From: an uncultured Clostridia bacterium
GTDB taxonomy: Bacteria; Bacillota; Clostridia; Oscillospirales; Oscillospiraceae
DNA: 64,000 nucleotides
Reading direction: 5' to 3'
Assembly: GCA_946405205.1 (NCBI GenBank)
Contig: CAMJGL010000005.1
Location: 33,013 to 97,012, forward strand
Of this stretch, positions 27,910-38,564 are shown piece after piece (the stretch's first letter is position 1; every line of letters starts with the position of its first letter). Both the position numbers and the translations under genes were made by a program. The notes beneath the pieces are model-generated. The model searched no databases. It had not been told where the DNA came from and saw nothing but the letters and a program-made list of their open reading frames with translations.

Positions 27910-28943
27910 TTCTTATCATTACCCTTCTGCATTTTTCTGCGAAGCTGACCGCAGGAGGCGTCAACGTCGCCGCCGAGCTTACGCCGCACGGTCACGTTTA
28001 CGCCTTCGTCCTCAAGAATCTTTATAAATGCCTTTATATGCCCGGAGGTTGACGGGCGAAAGCGGCTTTCCTCAACATGATTCATCGGAATAAGATTTAT
28101 ATGAGCGCCGACGCTCCTGGCTCTACCGGCCAACAGCCTCGCGTGGTATTCCGTGTCATTTACGCCGTCGATCATTATATATTCAAACGATATCCTGCGT
28201 CCGGTCTTTTCATAGTACCTCTTACAGCTTCTCATGAGCTCCTCAACGCCGCGGCCGCGGTTTGCGGGCATTATTTTAGAGCGGGTCTCATCATCGGGCG
28301 CGTGGAGAGACACCGACAGAGTCAATTGTAAATTAAGATCGGCCAGTTTGTCAAATTTCTCCGTTATCCCGCAGGTTGAAAGGGAAATATGCCGCATGCC
28401 TATATTCATGCCGTCGGGGTGATTGACGAGTTTTAAAAACCTTACTACATTGTCAAAGTTGTCGAGCGGCTCGCCGATGCCCATAAGCACGATATTGGAG
28501 ATGGGCTTACCGGAATCTATCTGCGAAAACAGAACTTCATCGAGTATCTCCGAAGGCTCAAGGCCGCGTACAAGTCCTCCGATGGTCGAAGCGCAGAACG
28601 CGCAGCCCTGACGGCAGCCCACCTGAGACGACACGCATACGGTGTTTCCGTGCTTATAGCTCATAACGACAGTCTCAACGGCGTTTCCGTCGCAGAGCTC
28701 CCACAGGTATTTGATGGTCCCGTCGAGCTTTGAGACCTGCTTGCTCAATACTTTGGGCGTATATATGCTGTATTCCTTTTCAAGCTTCTCACGCAGTCCT
28801 TTGGGAATGTCGCTCATCTCTTCAAAGGAGCCAACTCCCCTGGCAAGCCATTTGAACACCTGCTTTGCGCGGTATTTAGGCTCGCCCATCTCAAGAAAAT
28901 CGGCTTCTATTTCTTCGGGAAGCATCGATTTTATGTTTTTCAT
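27906..28943 (-). CDS. rlmN: 23S rRNA/tRNA (adenine2503-C2)-methyltransferase, radical SAM
   Basis: 345 aa. CRQGCAFC radical-SAM cluster motif and GMGEPLDN. Confidence 0.9.
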   Translation of the reverse strand: MKNIKSMLPEEIEADFLEMGEPKYRAKQVFKWLARGVGSFEEMSDIPKGLREKLEKEYSIYTPKVLSKQVSKLDGTIKYLWELCDGNAVETVVMSYKHGNTVCVSSQVGCRQGCAFCASTIGGLVRGLEPSEILDEVLFSQIDSGKPISNIVLMGIGEPLDNFDNVVRFLKLVNHPDGMNIGMRHISLSTCGITEKFDKLADLNLQLTLSVSLHAPDDETRSKIMPANRGRGVEELMRSCKRYYEKTGRRISFEYIMIDGVNDTEYHARLLAGRARSVGAHINLIPMNHVEESRFRPSTSGHIKAFIKILEDEGVNVTVRRKLGGDVDASCGQLRRKMQKGNDKK

Positions 28944-30247
28944 TTAAGCCTCCTCAGCTTACATACAAAAAAGCCGTCGGTGCCGTGGATATGCGGCCAG
29001 AAGGTCAGCATGCCGTCTGCCGCTTCAATGCCGTTCGGCAGACTGAAGCCCTCGGCGGCATACTCCGGATGACGCGATAGGAAAGCCGTCACGACGTCTT
29101 CATTCTCCTCGCGGAAAACAGTGCAGGTGGAATACAGAAGAACGCCGTCGGGCTTTACCGCCGCCGACAGATTTTCGAGTATTGCAGACTGTATTTCAGG
29201 CAGGGCCCTGCGCTCGTCGGGGTCTTTATAGCGGATATCCGGCTTTTTTCTTATAACTCCGTAGCCCGAGCACGGAACATCGGAAATGATAACATCAAAA
29301 GCATCATCGACAGGCTGCCTTGCGTCACGGGCAAAGGCGTCAATAATGTCAAGCCCCAGGCGCTCAGCTCCGCTTATAATGAGCTTAATTTTTTTCTCGC
29401 TCAGGTCGCAGGAGGCTATCTCGCCCTCATTGTGCATTGCGATGGCGGCGGCAAAGCTCTTTCCGCCGGGGGCGGCGCAGGCGTCAAGAACTCTCATCCC
29501 GGGTCTTATACCCGCTGCAAGAGCTGCACATTTTGCCGCGGGATCCTGAACATAGAATAAGCCCTCTTCAAAGCCCGGCATCGCGCTCACATTGCCCGAT
29601 GTTACAATACAGTCAGGAAGCCATGGATGCAGACGGCAGCTATATCCCGCCGCCTCAAGGTTAGAGAGAAGCTCCGCAGACCTTGTTTTGAGCGTATTGA
29701 CCTGAAGCGTGATCTCACTGACGGTGTTGTCGGCTGCGAAAAAAGCCTCGGTAAAAGCATAGCCATGGGCGTTTATCATGTATTCCGCCAGCCAGAGCGG
29801 ATGACTGTATTTAACGGACAGGTGCTTTGCCGTACCCACTTCCGGGATCTCCGGCAGGGCATCGGCAGCGGCTGCGATCTTTCTCAAAACCGCGTTGCAA
29901 AAGCCCGCAGCCCTTGAATATCCAAGCTTTTTGCAAAGCATAACGGCCTCGTTTACGGCGGCGTTCGCGGGGATCTTGTCCATAAACAGAAGCTGATAAA
30001 CCGCGCATCGCAGAATATCGCGGACCTTTGGCTCTATCTTTGAAGGAGAGCTGCTGAACATATCGATATAGTAGTCGCAGTAAGTCAGGTTTTGCAGCAC
30101 TCCGAGACAGATATTTGAAGCGAGAGCCGCAGAGCGTGAGTCAAGCCCGTATTTAGTTATAGCGCCGTCCGTAATGGCAGCCGACCACGCTTTCTCACGC
30201 CTGAAGCGCTCGAGCGCGAAAACCGCGGCTTCTCTTGCTTTGTCCAA
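28940..30247 (-). CDS. rsmB: 16S rRNA (cytosine967-C5)-methyltransferase
   Basis: 435 aa. NusB-like N-terminus, DACAAPGGK SAM motif, DVPCSGYG and TCT catalytic Cys motifs. Confidence 0.9.
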   Translation of the reverse strand: MDKAREAAVFALERFRREKAWSAAITDGAITKYGLDSRSAALASNICLGVLQNLTYCDYYIDMFSSSPSKIEPKVRDILRCAVYQLLFMDKIPANAAVNEAVMLCKKLGYSRAAGFCNAVLRKIAAAADALPEIPEVGTAKHLSVKYSHPLWLAEYMINAHGYAFTEAFFAADNTVSEITLQVNTLKTRSAELLSNLEAAGYSCRLHPWLPDCIVTSGNVSAMPGFEEGLFYVQDPAAKCAALAAGIRPGMRVLDACAAPGGKSFAAAIAMHNEGEIASCDLSEKKIKLIISGAERLGLDIIDAFARDARQPVDDAFDVIISDVPCSGYGVIRKKPDIRYKDPDERRALPEIQSAILENLSAAVKPDGVLLYSTCTVFREENEDVVTAFLSRHPEYAAEGFSLPNGIEAADGMLTFWPHIHGTDGFFVCKLRRLK

Positions 30248-30250
30248 ATC

Positions 30251-31174
30251 TTAATCCTCAACAGTGATGGGATGACCGAGAATATAATCCGCGGCCCTCA
30301 TACGCTTTTTGCCTGGGGCCTGAAGCTCGGTTATCATGACGGTCTTGCCGCCAGCGCAGGCGATCTCAATGCCGTTTTTTCCGGCGCTTACGATGCTGCC
30401 GGGTGCTTTGGAGGTCTGGGTTTCCGTATACTGCGCGGCATAGACCTTGAACACCCCGCCCTGCAGCTCCGTTGTAGCGACCGGCCAGGGCTGCAAACCG
30501 TAGATCCACTTGATGATCTCCCTGGGCGTTCTGTTCCAGTCAATGGGGCTGAGGCTCTTGTCGAGCATTTTAACATAGCTTGCTTCCGCATGGTTCTGCG
30601 GAACTCTCGGGGCACATCCGGCCTCGATGTCCTGCAATGTCTTGTGCAGAAGTTCGGCTCCCATGACCATCAGCCTGTCAAAAAGCTCGCCGGAGGTCTC
30701 AAACTCGCCTATCTCAGTTTCGGCGGTATATATAACGTCGCCGGTATCCATCTCGCTTGCAAGGTACATTGTGGATACGCCGGTCACTTTGTCTCCGTTC
30801 AGAACGGCCCACTGTATCGGGGCGGCGCCGCGATACTTCGGAAGCAGCGAGGCATGGACGTTTATTGCTCCGTATTTTGGCACCGCCAGCATATCGTCGG
30901 GCAATATCCTTCCGTAGGCGACAACGACGAGGATATCCGGCTCAAGGCTTTTGACAAGCTCGGTCGCGGTACCGTCGCGCAGCTTCGTGGGCTGGTATAC
31001 GGGAATGTTATTGTCAAGAGCAAGCTGTTTTACAGGGCTGTAGGACAGCTGCATCCCCCTGTTTCGGGGCTTGTCCGGCTGAGTGAACACAGCCGCGATA
31101 TCATATTTTTCGTCAATGAGTTTTTTCAGTGACTCCGCAGCAAAGTCGGGAGTTCCCATAAAAACAATTCGCAT
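30251..31174 (-). CDS. fmt: methionyl-tRNA formyltransferase
   Basis: MRIVFMGTPDFA start (ATG 31172-31174, 1-nt overlap with the def stop, TAATG). HASLLPKYRGAAPI motif. The ORF-track extension to 31231 is judged an artefact. Confidence 0.9.
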   Translation of the reverse strand: MRIVFMGTPDFAAESLKKLIDEKYDIAAVFTQPDKPRNRGMQLSYSPVKQLALDNNIPVYQPTKLRDGTATELVKSLEPDILVVVAYGRILPDDMLAVPKYGAINVHASLLPKYRGAAPIQWAVLNGDKVTGVSTMYLASEMDTGDVIYTAETEIGEFETSGELFDRLMVMGAELLHKTLQDIEAGCAPRVPQNHAEASYVKMLDKSLSPIDWNRTPREIIKWIYGLQPWPVATTELQGGVFKVYAAQYTETQTSKAPGSIVSAGKNGIEIACAGGKTVMITELQAPGKKRMRAADYILGHPITVED

Positions 31175-31680
31175 TACTCGTCCTCGTTTCCCGGGCCTCT
31201 GAGTTCCTCTTCGGTGAGCATACGCTCGCATTTTTCGGTGAACAGATGCCCGTCAAGGTGTTCAAGCTCATGGCAGATGCAGCGGGCGGTCAGCCCCTCG
31301 CCTTCGTATTCAAACCAATTGCCGTCCCTGTCCTGCGCCCTTACTTTTGCGTGCGAGGGTCTGCGCACTATCCCGTATTCGCCGGGCACGCTGAGGCAGC
31401 CCTCGGCTCCGACCTGCTCTCCGGAGGCCTCGATGAGCTCGGGGTTTATGAGTTCGAGGATCTCTTCCTCCTCACCTTCCTCGACATTGGTCTCAATCAC
31501 TAATACGGCTCTGCGCAGAATGCCTACCTGCGGGGCGGCAAGACCGACGCCGTTTGCCTTCATAAGTGTATCGGCCATGTCGTCAAGAAGCTGGTGCAGT
31601 CTTGCGTCGAACTTCACAACGGGGCGGCAGGCCTTATAAAGGATCTTATCCTCTTTGGTTACTATATTTCTGAGTGCCAT
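31174..31680 (-). CDS. def: peptide deformylase
   Basis: 168 aa. GVGLAAPQ, EGCLS and HELEHLDG motifs. Confidence 0.9.
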   Translation of the reverse strand: MALRNIVTKEDKILYKACRPVVKFDARLHQLLDDMADTLMKANGVGLAAPQVGILRRAVLVIETNVEEGEEEEILELINPELIEASGEQVGAEGCLSVPGEYGIVRRPSHAKVRAQDRDGNWFEYEGEGLTARCICHELEHLDGHLFTEKCERMLTEEELRGPGNEDE

Positions 31681-31691
31681 TGTATTCTCCT

Positions 31692-33944
31692 TTAGCTTAG
31701 GGGATTGTTGTCGGCAAAAATGCTGACGCCTTTGTATTTTCCAGACGAGTTCAGTTTAATCAGTACGGCGGATACGAGCTCTCGTATTTCTTTATCAGCC
31801 CTGCAGCATAAATTAACTCTGTATCTGTATCTGTTGTTTACCTTGACAACGGCAAGCGGCGCAGGGCCCAGAATGCTCACATCGGGACGCGATCTTACCG
31901 AAGCGGCAAGGATACGGCGAATATCCGAGCAGCATTTGAGCACGGCGCTTTCCTCGGCTCCCGAGGCGGTTATTGAAATGATATCCGCAAAGGGCGGGGT
32001 GTTCTGAAGCCTGCGAAGCTGTATCTCCGACTGATAGAAGCCGTCATAGTCCTGAGCGGCCGCCAGACGGATGATCTCGTTCTGCGGCGTGAAGGTCTGA
32101 ATCACGGCTCGTCCGGGCTTTTTACCTCTGCCGCTTCTGCCGACGACCTGCGTAATGAGCGAAAATGTACGCTCGCCGGAGCGGTAATCTCCGCAATACA
32201 GGCTTTGGTCGGCGGACAGAACGCCGATAAGCGTAACATTTTCAAAATTAAGCCCCTTGGTGACCATTTGTGTACCCACCATGATGGGGATCTTCTCTTC
32301 CCGAAACTTCTCAAGCAGAGCCTCGTGGCTTCCGGCGGCCTTTACGGTATCGGTATCCATCCGTATAACGCCCGCATCGGGAATAAGCTGCTTGAGCTCC
32401 TCCTCGATAAGCTGGGTGCCCGCTCCTATAAAGGTGAGCAGACCGCCGCAGTCGGGACAGAACGGATCCGGCTTTCTGCTGTACCCGCAATAGTGACACA
32501 TAAGCCGCCGGTTTGAGCTGTGATAAGTGAGCGATACGCTGCAGTTCGGGCACTTATAAATGTGTCCGCATTCGCCGCAGCTTATAAGCTTGTTCGCGCC
32601 GCGCCTGTTAATAAACAGTATGCTCTGCTCGCCGCGCTCAAGATTTTCTCCGAGCTCGTTTTGGAGCCGGGCGCTGATATTACCGCCGTTGCCGCTGCGA
32701 AGCTCGCTTTTCATATCGACTATGCTGACGGCGGGAAGCCGCATCTCATTATACCGCTCATGGAGCTCAAAGTACTTGTACTTCCCTGTTTCAGCGGCGT
32801 AGCGGCTCTCAATATCAGGGGTGGCTGAGCCCAGCAGCAGAAGCGAATCCGTTTTTGCACAGCGGTACTTTGCGATGTCTCTGGCGTGATACCGCGGGGA
32901 GTTTTCGGATTTATAGCTCTCCTCCTGCTCCTCGTCTATGATTATAAGTCCCAGATTTTCAAATGGTGCGAACACGGCGCTTCGTGTTCCGATAACGAGC
33001 CTGGCATCGCCGTTTTTGGCCCGTTTCCATTCATCATACCGTTCTCCGAGAGATAAGCTGCTGTGCAGAACGGCAACTTGGTTCCCGAAGTAGCCGGAAA
33101 AGGTGCGTATCATCTGCGGCGTAAGCGATATTTCGGGTACGAGCAGGATCGCGCTTTTGCCGGCTTTCAGAACATCGTCGATGAGGTGGATATATACCGA
33201 GGTTTTTCCGCTTCCTGTAACGCCGCAGAGCAGAGCGGCCTCGGCAGAGCTTTCGTTTAAAAGCGCATTAAGCCCATCGTAAACGGCGCTCTGAGCGGAG
33301 TTCAGCACCGGCAAGGTCTGAATATCGTCGTTCCATATCTCCGGACGCCTGAATACCTCTTCAAAATCAGTTTGAACAAGCCCTGCATTGACGAGGGCTT
33401 TAAGCGACTGTCTTGAGGCTCCGGTGAAATACAGCGCCTCCTGAGCGGAGACCCTGCCGACCGAACACAAGAGCCCGAGAAGCTCCGCCTGCATCGGAGC
33501 CTTTCGGCGCTTGGCCTGAGAGAGCGCAAAGGCCTCTTCCGCGCTGACGGCAAGACTTATCATTTCACGGGTCTTGTCATTTACCCTGCGTGTCCCGTCT
33601 GCTTTAAACCAGAAGCCGGCCGGCAGAATTGTCTTAACAGCGTCATAAACCGTGCAGAAAAAACGGTCGTGCATCCAGAGCGCAAGCCTTATCTGGGACG
33701 GTGTGAGTACGGGGTCGTTGTCAAGAACGGACTCGATCGGCTTGAGCTTATCAAAATCGCTCCTGTCTGACACTCCGAGAACTATGCCCTCGCTGCGGCG
33801 GTTGCCTCTTGAAAAAGGCACGGTAACGCGCACACCGGGCTTCACCTTTCCCAGCAGTGCTTCGGGAATAAGATAGTCGTAGGGCTTGTCAAGCCAATAT
33901 GTTGCGGCACTGACCGCTATTTTTGCCACCGTGGCTTCGGACAT
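31692..33944 (-). CDS. priA: primosomal protein N' (replication restart helicase)
   Basis: 750 aa. GVTGSGKT Walker A, IIDEEQ, and the Cys-rich zinc region CGxxxxCPNC...CHYCG. Confidence 0.9.
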   Translation of the reverse strand: MSEATVAKIAVSAATYWLDKPYDYLIPEALLGKVKPGVRVTVPFSRGNRRSEGIVLGVSDRSDFDKLKPIESVLDNDPVLTPSQIRLALWMHDRFFCTVYDAVKTILPAGFWFKADGTRRVNDKTREMISLAVSAEEAFALSQAKRRKAPMQAELLGLLCSVGRVSAQEALYFTGASRQSLKALVNAGLVQTDFEEVFRRPEIWNDDIQTLPVLNSAQSAVYDGLNALLNESSAEAALLCGVTGSGKTSVYIHLIDDVLKAGKSAILLVPEISLTPQMIRTFSGYFGNQVAVLHSSLSLGERYDEWKRAKNGDARLVIGTRSAVFAPFENLGLIIIDEEQEESYKSENSPRYHARDIAKYRCAKTDSLLLLGSATPDIESRYAAETGKYKYFELHERYNEMRLPAVSIVDMKSELRSGNGGNISARLQNELGENLERGEQSILFINRRGANKLISCGECGHIYKCPNCSVSLTYHSSNRRLMCHYCGYSRKPDPFCPDCGGLLTFIGAGTQLIEEELKQLIPDAGVIRMDTDTVKAAGSHEALLEKFREEKIPIMVGTQMVTKGLNFENVTLIGVLSADQSLYCGDYRSGERTFSLITQVVGRSGRGKKPGRAVIQTFTPQNEIIRLAAAQDYDGFYQSEIQLRRLQNTPPFADIISITASGAEESAVLKCCSDIRRILAASVRSRPDVSILGPAPLAVVKVNNRYRYRVNLCCRADKEIRELVSAVLIKLNSSGKYKGVSIFADNNPLS

Positions 33945-33978
33945 ACCCCACCCCCTGTTCCCTGTCTAAACGAATTAT

Positions 33979-34030
33979 CAAAAAAATGGCGGAGCATAGG
34001 CAAAAGGGTATTATCACCTCGTGCTCCGCC
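33979..34030 (-). terminator. intrinsic terminator after rpoZ
   Basis: GGCGGAGCA ... TGCTCCGCC 9-bp stem with a long loop, followed by ATTTTTTT on the minus strand. Confidence 0.6.
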
Positions 34031-34035
34031 GAGCA

Positions 34036-34227
34036 TTATTTCTCTATTGTGAGCTTGCCTGTGTAAACCTCGTCGATCGCGGCGGAAACGGGCTTCTTCT
34101 CGAGGATCTCACCGTTTTCCTCGGCTGCCGCGGAGATGGCGCGCGCTCTTCTCGCAACGAGATTAACAAGCTGATAGCGGTTACCTGTCTTGTTTACAAG
34201 TTCGGCTACGGGGGGATAAAGCATCAT
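34036..34227 (-). CDS. rpoZ: DNA-directed RNA polymerase subunit omega
   Basis: 63 aa. NRYQLVNLVARRARAI motif. Follows gmk, as in other Firmicutes. Confidence 0.85.
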   Translation of the reverse strand: MMLYPPVAELVNKTGNRYQLVNLVARRARAISAAAEENGEILEKKPVSAAIDEVYTGKLTIEK

Positions 34228-34229
34228 AA

Positions 34230-34835
34230 TCAGTCTACCTCGCTTAAATAGTTTTTTCTCAAATCATATTTGCAGTATTCCGCAGTGATGATCGCAGAAA
34301 GCTCTCTCGACGCAGTATCCGCATCATCATTGATAACTATATAGTCATAGAAATCGGCCGCGGCATATTCTTCTCTCGCACGGATAAGGCGAGCCTCGAT
34401 CTTGCGTTCAGAATCGGTGCCTCTTCCGCGGAGGCGGGTCTCCAGCTCCTTCATGGAGGGCGGAATGATGAATATCATGACCGCATCCGGCATCTTCTGA
34501 TGTACCTGCAGCGCACCCTGCACCTCAATGTCCAGCAGCACGTTCATTCCCTCGCTGAGCTTCTGCTCAACATAGGCTCTGGGAGTCCCGTAGGAATTGG
34601 CAACATATTCGGCATGCTCGAGAAATTCATCGTTTTCGACCATTTCACGGAACTTGTCCAGGTCAACAAAAAAGTATTCCTTACCGTCGATCTCACCGGG
34701 ACGGGGCTTACGCGTCGTTGCGGATACCGAAAAGCAAACGTCGCTGCGGCCTTCAAGCGCTTTGAACACCACGGTGCTCTTTCCCGCGCCCGAGGGGCCG
34801 GATATCACTATTAGTTTTCCTCTTTGATTAGCCAT
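34230..34835 (-). CDS. gmk: guanylate kinase
   Basis: [10 protein letters not shown]-loop and [11 protein letters not shown] motif. Start taken at MANQRGK (34835). The longest ORF starts at 34853. Confidence 0.9.
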   Translation of the reverse strand: MANQRGKLIVISGPSGAGKSTVVFKALEGRSDVCFSVSATTRKPRPGEIDGKEYFFVDLDKFREMVENDEFLEHAEYVANSYGTPRAYVEQKLSEGMNVLLDIEVQGALQVHQKMPDAVMIFIIPPSMKELETRLRGRGTDSERKIEARLIRAREEYAAADFYDYIVINDDADTASRELSAIITAEYCKYDLRKNYLSEVD

Positions 34836-35088
34836 CTGCTGTACCTTCCTCATTAGTATTTGAAATTCGCGCCGTTAGTGCCTCGGGCGTCAGCGCGGAT
34901 AAAATGACATTTCCGCTGTCCATTACCAGAACTGCCTTGGTGCTTCGGCCAAAGGAGGCGTCGATCAGCAGCCCCTTTTCCCTGATATCCTGGATCATTC
35001 GCTTTATCGGAGCCGATTCGGGGCTCACGACCGCGACGATGCGCTCTGCGGACACCATATTGCCAAAGCCGATATTTATAAGTCTCAT
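34828..35088 (-). CDS. remA: RemA/DUF370 extracellular matrix regulator
   Basis: [33 protein letters not shown] closely resembles B. subtilis RemA. An alternative GTG start at 35100 overlaps the yicC stop. Confidence 0.8.
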   Translation of the reverse strand: MRLINIGFGNMVSAERIVAVVSPESAPIKRMIQDIREKGLLIDASFGRSTKAVLVMDSGNVILSALTPEALTARISNTNEEGTADG

Positions 35089-35096
35089 AGCCTGCC

Positions 35097-35975
35097 TCAC
35101 TCAATATTCTGGATCTGCTCACGGATCTTTTCGATCTCAGATTTAAGGTCGACAACGACATGGGCGATATCGGAATTCTGGCACTTGGAGCCTGTCGTAT
35201 TTGCCTCGCGGTTAAACTCCTGCATAAGGAAATCTATCTTCCTGCCTATGGGAGAGCCGGTTTCAAGCATCGTCCTGAGCTGGGCGATGTGGCTGCGCAG
35301 CCGGACGGTCTCCTCATCGACGGCGACCTTGTCGGCAAAAATTGCGGCCTCGGTTATAATGCGGTTCTCGTCAACTCCGGCGGAGCCGAGGACTTCGTTA
35401 AGCTTCTGAAGCAGCTTTTCTCTGTATTCGATAACGGTCTTGGGCGCACTTTCCTCGATGATACCGACAAAGTTTTCGATATTCTCAAGCTTTGAAAGCA
35501 CATCGGCTTTCAGCTTTTCGCCCTCGCGTATGCGCATGGAGTCAAAATCCTGCAGAGCCTGTTCAGCGACCGACCTGATGCCCTCGGCGACCGCCTCGGC
35601 GTCAAGCTCCTTCTTCTCTACCGAGAGGATATCCGGAAATCTGCTGACGCTCATAACGCTGATATCATCAGGCAGGCCATACTCGGCAGCGATATGATGA
35701 AGCGCGTCAATATAGCCCTTGAGCAGCGGCTCATTGACTCTTACTACCATATCATCGGCCATGGAAGTATCGACCGTGACGAACACGTCTACCTTGCCGC
35801 GGCTGATATGCGACTGAACGGCGGCCTTTACTGTCTCCTCGGCAAAGATAAAGCTCCGCGGAAGTCTGACAGATGTGTCAAGGAACTTGTTATTGACGCT
35901 TTTAAGCTCAACGCTCACCTCAATGCCCTCGACGGTGCCCTTGGCACTGCCGTAGCCGGTCATGCTTTTTATCAT
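35097..35975 (-). CDS. yicC: YicC/YloC family endoribonuclease (stress-induced protein)
   Basis: 292 aa. MTGYG start, SVNNKFLD, and the C-terminal DUF1732 motif QEFNREANT. Confidence 0.85.
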   Translation of the reverse strand: MIKSMTGYGSAKGTVEGIEVSVELKSVNNKFLDTSVRLPRSFIFAEETVKAAVQSHISRGKVDVFVTVDTSMADDMVVRVNEPLLKGYIDALHHIAAEYGLPDDISVMSVSRFPDILSVEKKELDAEAVAEGIRSVAEQALQDFDSMRIREGEKLKADVLSKLENIENFVGIIEESAPKTVIEYREKLLQKLNEVLGSAGVDENRIITEAAIFADKVAVDEETVRLRSHIAQLRTMLETGSPIGRKIDFLMQEFNREANTTGSKCQNSDIAHVVVDLKSEIEKIREQIQNIE

Positions 35976-35987
35976 TTTCCCTCCGTC

Positions 35988-36395
35988 TCAGCGAAGCTGA
36001 GTTATAACAAATTTGATTGGTTTTTTTCTTTTGCTTATCCGCTGATAAATGATGACTACAGCCGCTGCAAGGCAGAAAGCCGCAAAGCTGCACAAAACGC
36101 TCAGTCCTTCGCTGAGATGATTGGCTGCCGCTATTGCATAGCCGATGAAAAATACGATAAACGGTACGATATACAGCAAAAATGCTGCACCGAAGATCCT
36201 TGAGCTCAGGCTCTCTATAACGACCTTCTCTCCGGGTCTGGCGTGTACCGTGTTTTTGGCAAATGCTTTTATCTCGTTCTGGAAAACACAGCTTTCGCAG
36301 TTTCCGCAATTGCTGCCGCAGGCGGTCCCGCGGGACACCGCCACCTCAGCCATTCCGTTGGGAAACACCTTGGTAACTACTGCATCCTGAGTCAT
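35988..36395 (-). CDS. RseC/MucC-family (SoxR-reducing-system type) small membrane protein
   Basis: 135 aa. N-terminal OB-like segment with Cys cluster ACGSNCGNCESC, then two TM helices. This is the pattern of RseC-family proteins. Confidence 0.65.
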   Translation of the reverse strand: MTQDAVVTKVFPNGMAEVAVSRGTACGSNCGNCESCVFQNEIKAFAKNTVHARPGEKVVIESLSSRIFGAAFLLYIVPFIVFFIGYAIAAANHLSEGLSVLCSFAAFCLAAAVVIIYQRISKRKKPIKFVITQLR

Positions 36396-36416
36396 ATCAG
36401 TTTCCTTTCAAGCTTA

Positions 36417-37679
36417 TTAATCTTTATTTATCGTAACAGTTACCCTTACGTCGCCGATGGCACCGACATTATCATGACCGCTGACACGGACTTTGGCGTT
36501 GACTATGACCTGTCCGGTCGTTGCGCCGTAATCGGAAAGATCCGCAATAACGCTTATATCGTCGGCACTGATGCTGTCAAGGATCTCACTGCTCAGCGCT
36601 CTGAGCGTTACCTCTACCTCCTTGGTGTCTATCGTGACATGATATCCGCTGCTGACACCGCGGCAGGAAATATTTGTTGTAGTAAAGGTTTTCGTGTGAG
36701 TTCCCTCGACCTCTACCGTTACCTTTGCCTCCGATACGCCTGTTAGATTTTGTATGCCGTCCTCAAGTTCGATGGTAAAGGTGTGTTCATAGCCGCTCAC
36801 AAAGGACGAAAGATCTATCGAGCCTATCTCAATATACTCCAGATCGTCAACAATACGGGAGTCACCGGCGATCTTGATCGTCTGCGGGTCGATTTTTACA
36901 GTGCAGTTAGCCGCCGTTATTCCTCCTCCGGAAATGAGATTTACTTTAAGCGGCACTTCTTTGGATTTCAGAATGGGCTGAGTTGCGGTGATCTTATCAA
37001 CAGAGATCCTAAGCCCCTCCTTGGAGCAGGCATTACCGTCCGCATCCATCAGCGTGAAGTCTGCCTCCTCGGTATAGGTCGATTCAATGGTTTGATCCTT
37101 GCCGAAGGTGACCCACGCGTGGTCTATCTTCTCAATGCTCGCAACAGGTCCCTCGATAACGATCGTTCCGGGCTCAAAGACGAATTCCTCGGCCACACAG
37201 CCCTCGGCGATCGTGCCCTCGAAGCTGCCCTTGACCTCAATGGTCTTTTTGTCGTTCCTTACTACCGTAAAGTTGATGGTTTCGGGATTCTTTCTGACCA
37301 CGGTGATGCTGTTGGCATCCACATAGTCGGGAAGCTCAAGCCTGTACGCCCATGTCATATCGTTGGGCTGGGTGATGTTGCTGACGTCTATCACGGCTTT
37401 TATGTCGCTTGATTTCAGCTTGGTGATGTTGCTGCGCTCGCCGCGCACAACAATGCTGACGGTTTCCGTATCAACACTTGCTATGGACAGGTTTCTGTCA
37501 GCCAAAAGCTCCTCCTGCCCTCTGAATTCGACAACAATGCCGTTGAAGGTGATCTCTTTGTCCGTGGTATCAAGGCTTGTTACATATGCCCACATTACCA
37601 GTGAGCAGAGCAGCGACACGATCATCCAAAAGACTTTGCTGTCGTATAACTTTTTAGTTCCTTTTTTCTGTTCCATCAC
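36417..37679 (-). CDS. cdaR: YbbR-domain protein CdaR (diadenylate cyclase regulator)
   Basis: 420 aa. N-terminal TM helix plus four repeated YbbR-like beta-rich modules. Overlaps the cdaA 3' end by 26 nt. Confidence 0.8.
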   Translation of the reverse strand: MMEQKKGTKKLYDSKVFWMIVSLLCSLVMWAYVTSLDTTDKEITFNGIVVEFRGQEELLADRNLSIASVDTETVSIVVRGERSNITKLKSSDIKAVIDVSNITQPNDMTWAYRLELPDYVDANSITVVRKNPETINFTVVRNDKKTIEVKGSFEGTIAEGCVAEEFVFEPGTIVIEGPVASIEKIDHAWVTFGKDQTIESTYTEEADFTLMDADGNACSKEGLRISVDKITATQPILKSKEVPLKVNLISGGGITAANCTVKIDPQTIKIAGDSRIVDDLEYIEIGSIDLSSFVSGYEHTFTIELEDGIQNLTGVSEAKVTVEVEGTHTKTFTTTNISCRGVSSGYHVTIDTKEVEVTLRALSSEILDSISADDISVIADLSDYGATTGQVIVNAKVRVSGHDNVGAIGDVRVTVTINKD

Positions 37680-38541
37680 TGTTCACCTTACGTTTGTCAA
37701 AAAAACGTGAAAAAATCTCGGACGCGGTGCTCTTTCTGCTTTCCTCCTGCACGAGCTCATTTCGCAGGAGCTTTTCAAAGGTCGCCAGATTAAGGTTGCG
37801 CTTGAGCATACCCTCGACCGCGATCGATATTGCCCCGGTCTCCTCGGATACGATCACGACGACCGCGTCTGACTGTTCACTGGCTCCGAGACCTGCGCGG
37901 TGCCGCATTCCGAGGTCTTTACTGAGGTTTGTCTTATTCGTCAGCGGAAGTACACATCCGGCTGCGGCGATCCTTGCATTGCGGATAATAAGCGCACCGT
38001 CATGCAGCGGAGCTTTGGGATAGAATATATTTTTCAGCAGCTCGGCTGTTGTGTCGGCGTCAATGATAGTGCCGGTGGTCATAATGTCGCTGAGCTTAAT
38101 GTTGCGCTCAAATATGATAAGTGCTCCGGTCTTGGTCCTGGACATCTGATCGCAGGCAAGAACGGTCTGCGTTATGGCGGCTTCGACCTCGCTTTCGGCC
38201 CTTAGCTTCGGTGAGAACAGGCCGTAGAGATTCTGACTTCCCACTTTCGCAAGCAGCTTTCTGAGCTCCGGCTGGAAAATAATTACCAGCGCGATAAGGC
38301 CGATCTCAACCGCCTTTTTAAGTATATAGTTTATCATTGTCAGGTGAGCAACACCGGACAGGAACAAAGCGATCAAAAGGAAGAAAATACCCTTGGCAAG
38401 ATTATATGAGCTTGTCTTTCTTACCAGGTTGATTACTTTATAAAACAGATATGCGACTATCAGGATGTCCACAGCATCCCAAAAGCCGATAGTAGAAAAG
38501 TAATTGAGCATTCTTATGAAATAACTCGATAATTCCTGCAT
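37654..38541 (-). CDS. cdaA: diadenylate cyclase CdaA
   Basis: 295 aa. Three N-terminal TM helices and a DAC domain with TGALIIFER, DGALII and RHRAGLG motifs. Confidence 0.9.
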   Translation of the reverse strand: MQELSSYFIRMLNYFSTIGFWDAVDILIVAYLFYKVINLVRKTSSYNLAKGIFFLLIALFLSGVAHLTMINYILKKAVEIGLIALVIIFQPELRKLLAKVGSQNLYGLFSPKLRAESEVEAAITQTVLACDQMSRTKTGALIIFERNIKLSDIMTTGTIIDADTTAELLKNIFYPKAPLHDGALIIRNARIAAAGCVLPLTNKTNLSKDLGMRHRAGLGASEQSDAVVVIVSEETGAISIAVEGMLKRNLNLATFEKLLRNELVQEESRKSTASEIFSRFFDKRKVNSDGTEKRN

Positions 38542-38564
38542 TTATGATCCCCACTAATCTATCT

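Noticed and set aside
31175-31231. N-terminal ORF extensions in the six-frame track that create apparent long gene overlaps: fmt to 31231, scpA to 51246, cmk to 44696, lepB to 63298, spoIIIAB to 21995, spoIIIAF to 19820, asp23 to 18327, yraN to 61181, thrC to 60796.
   Set aside because: In each case an internal Met aligns with the canonical family N-terminus. That Met has a GGAG-type RBS and lands at a 1-4 nt junction with the upstream stop. The extensions are basic or hydrophobic junk, so these are longest-ORF artefacts rather than dual-coding regions.
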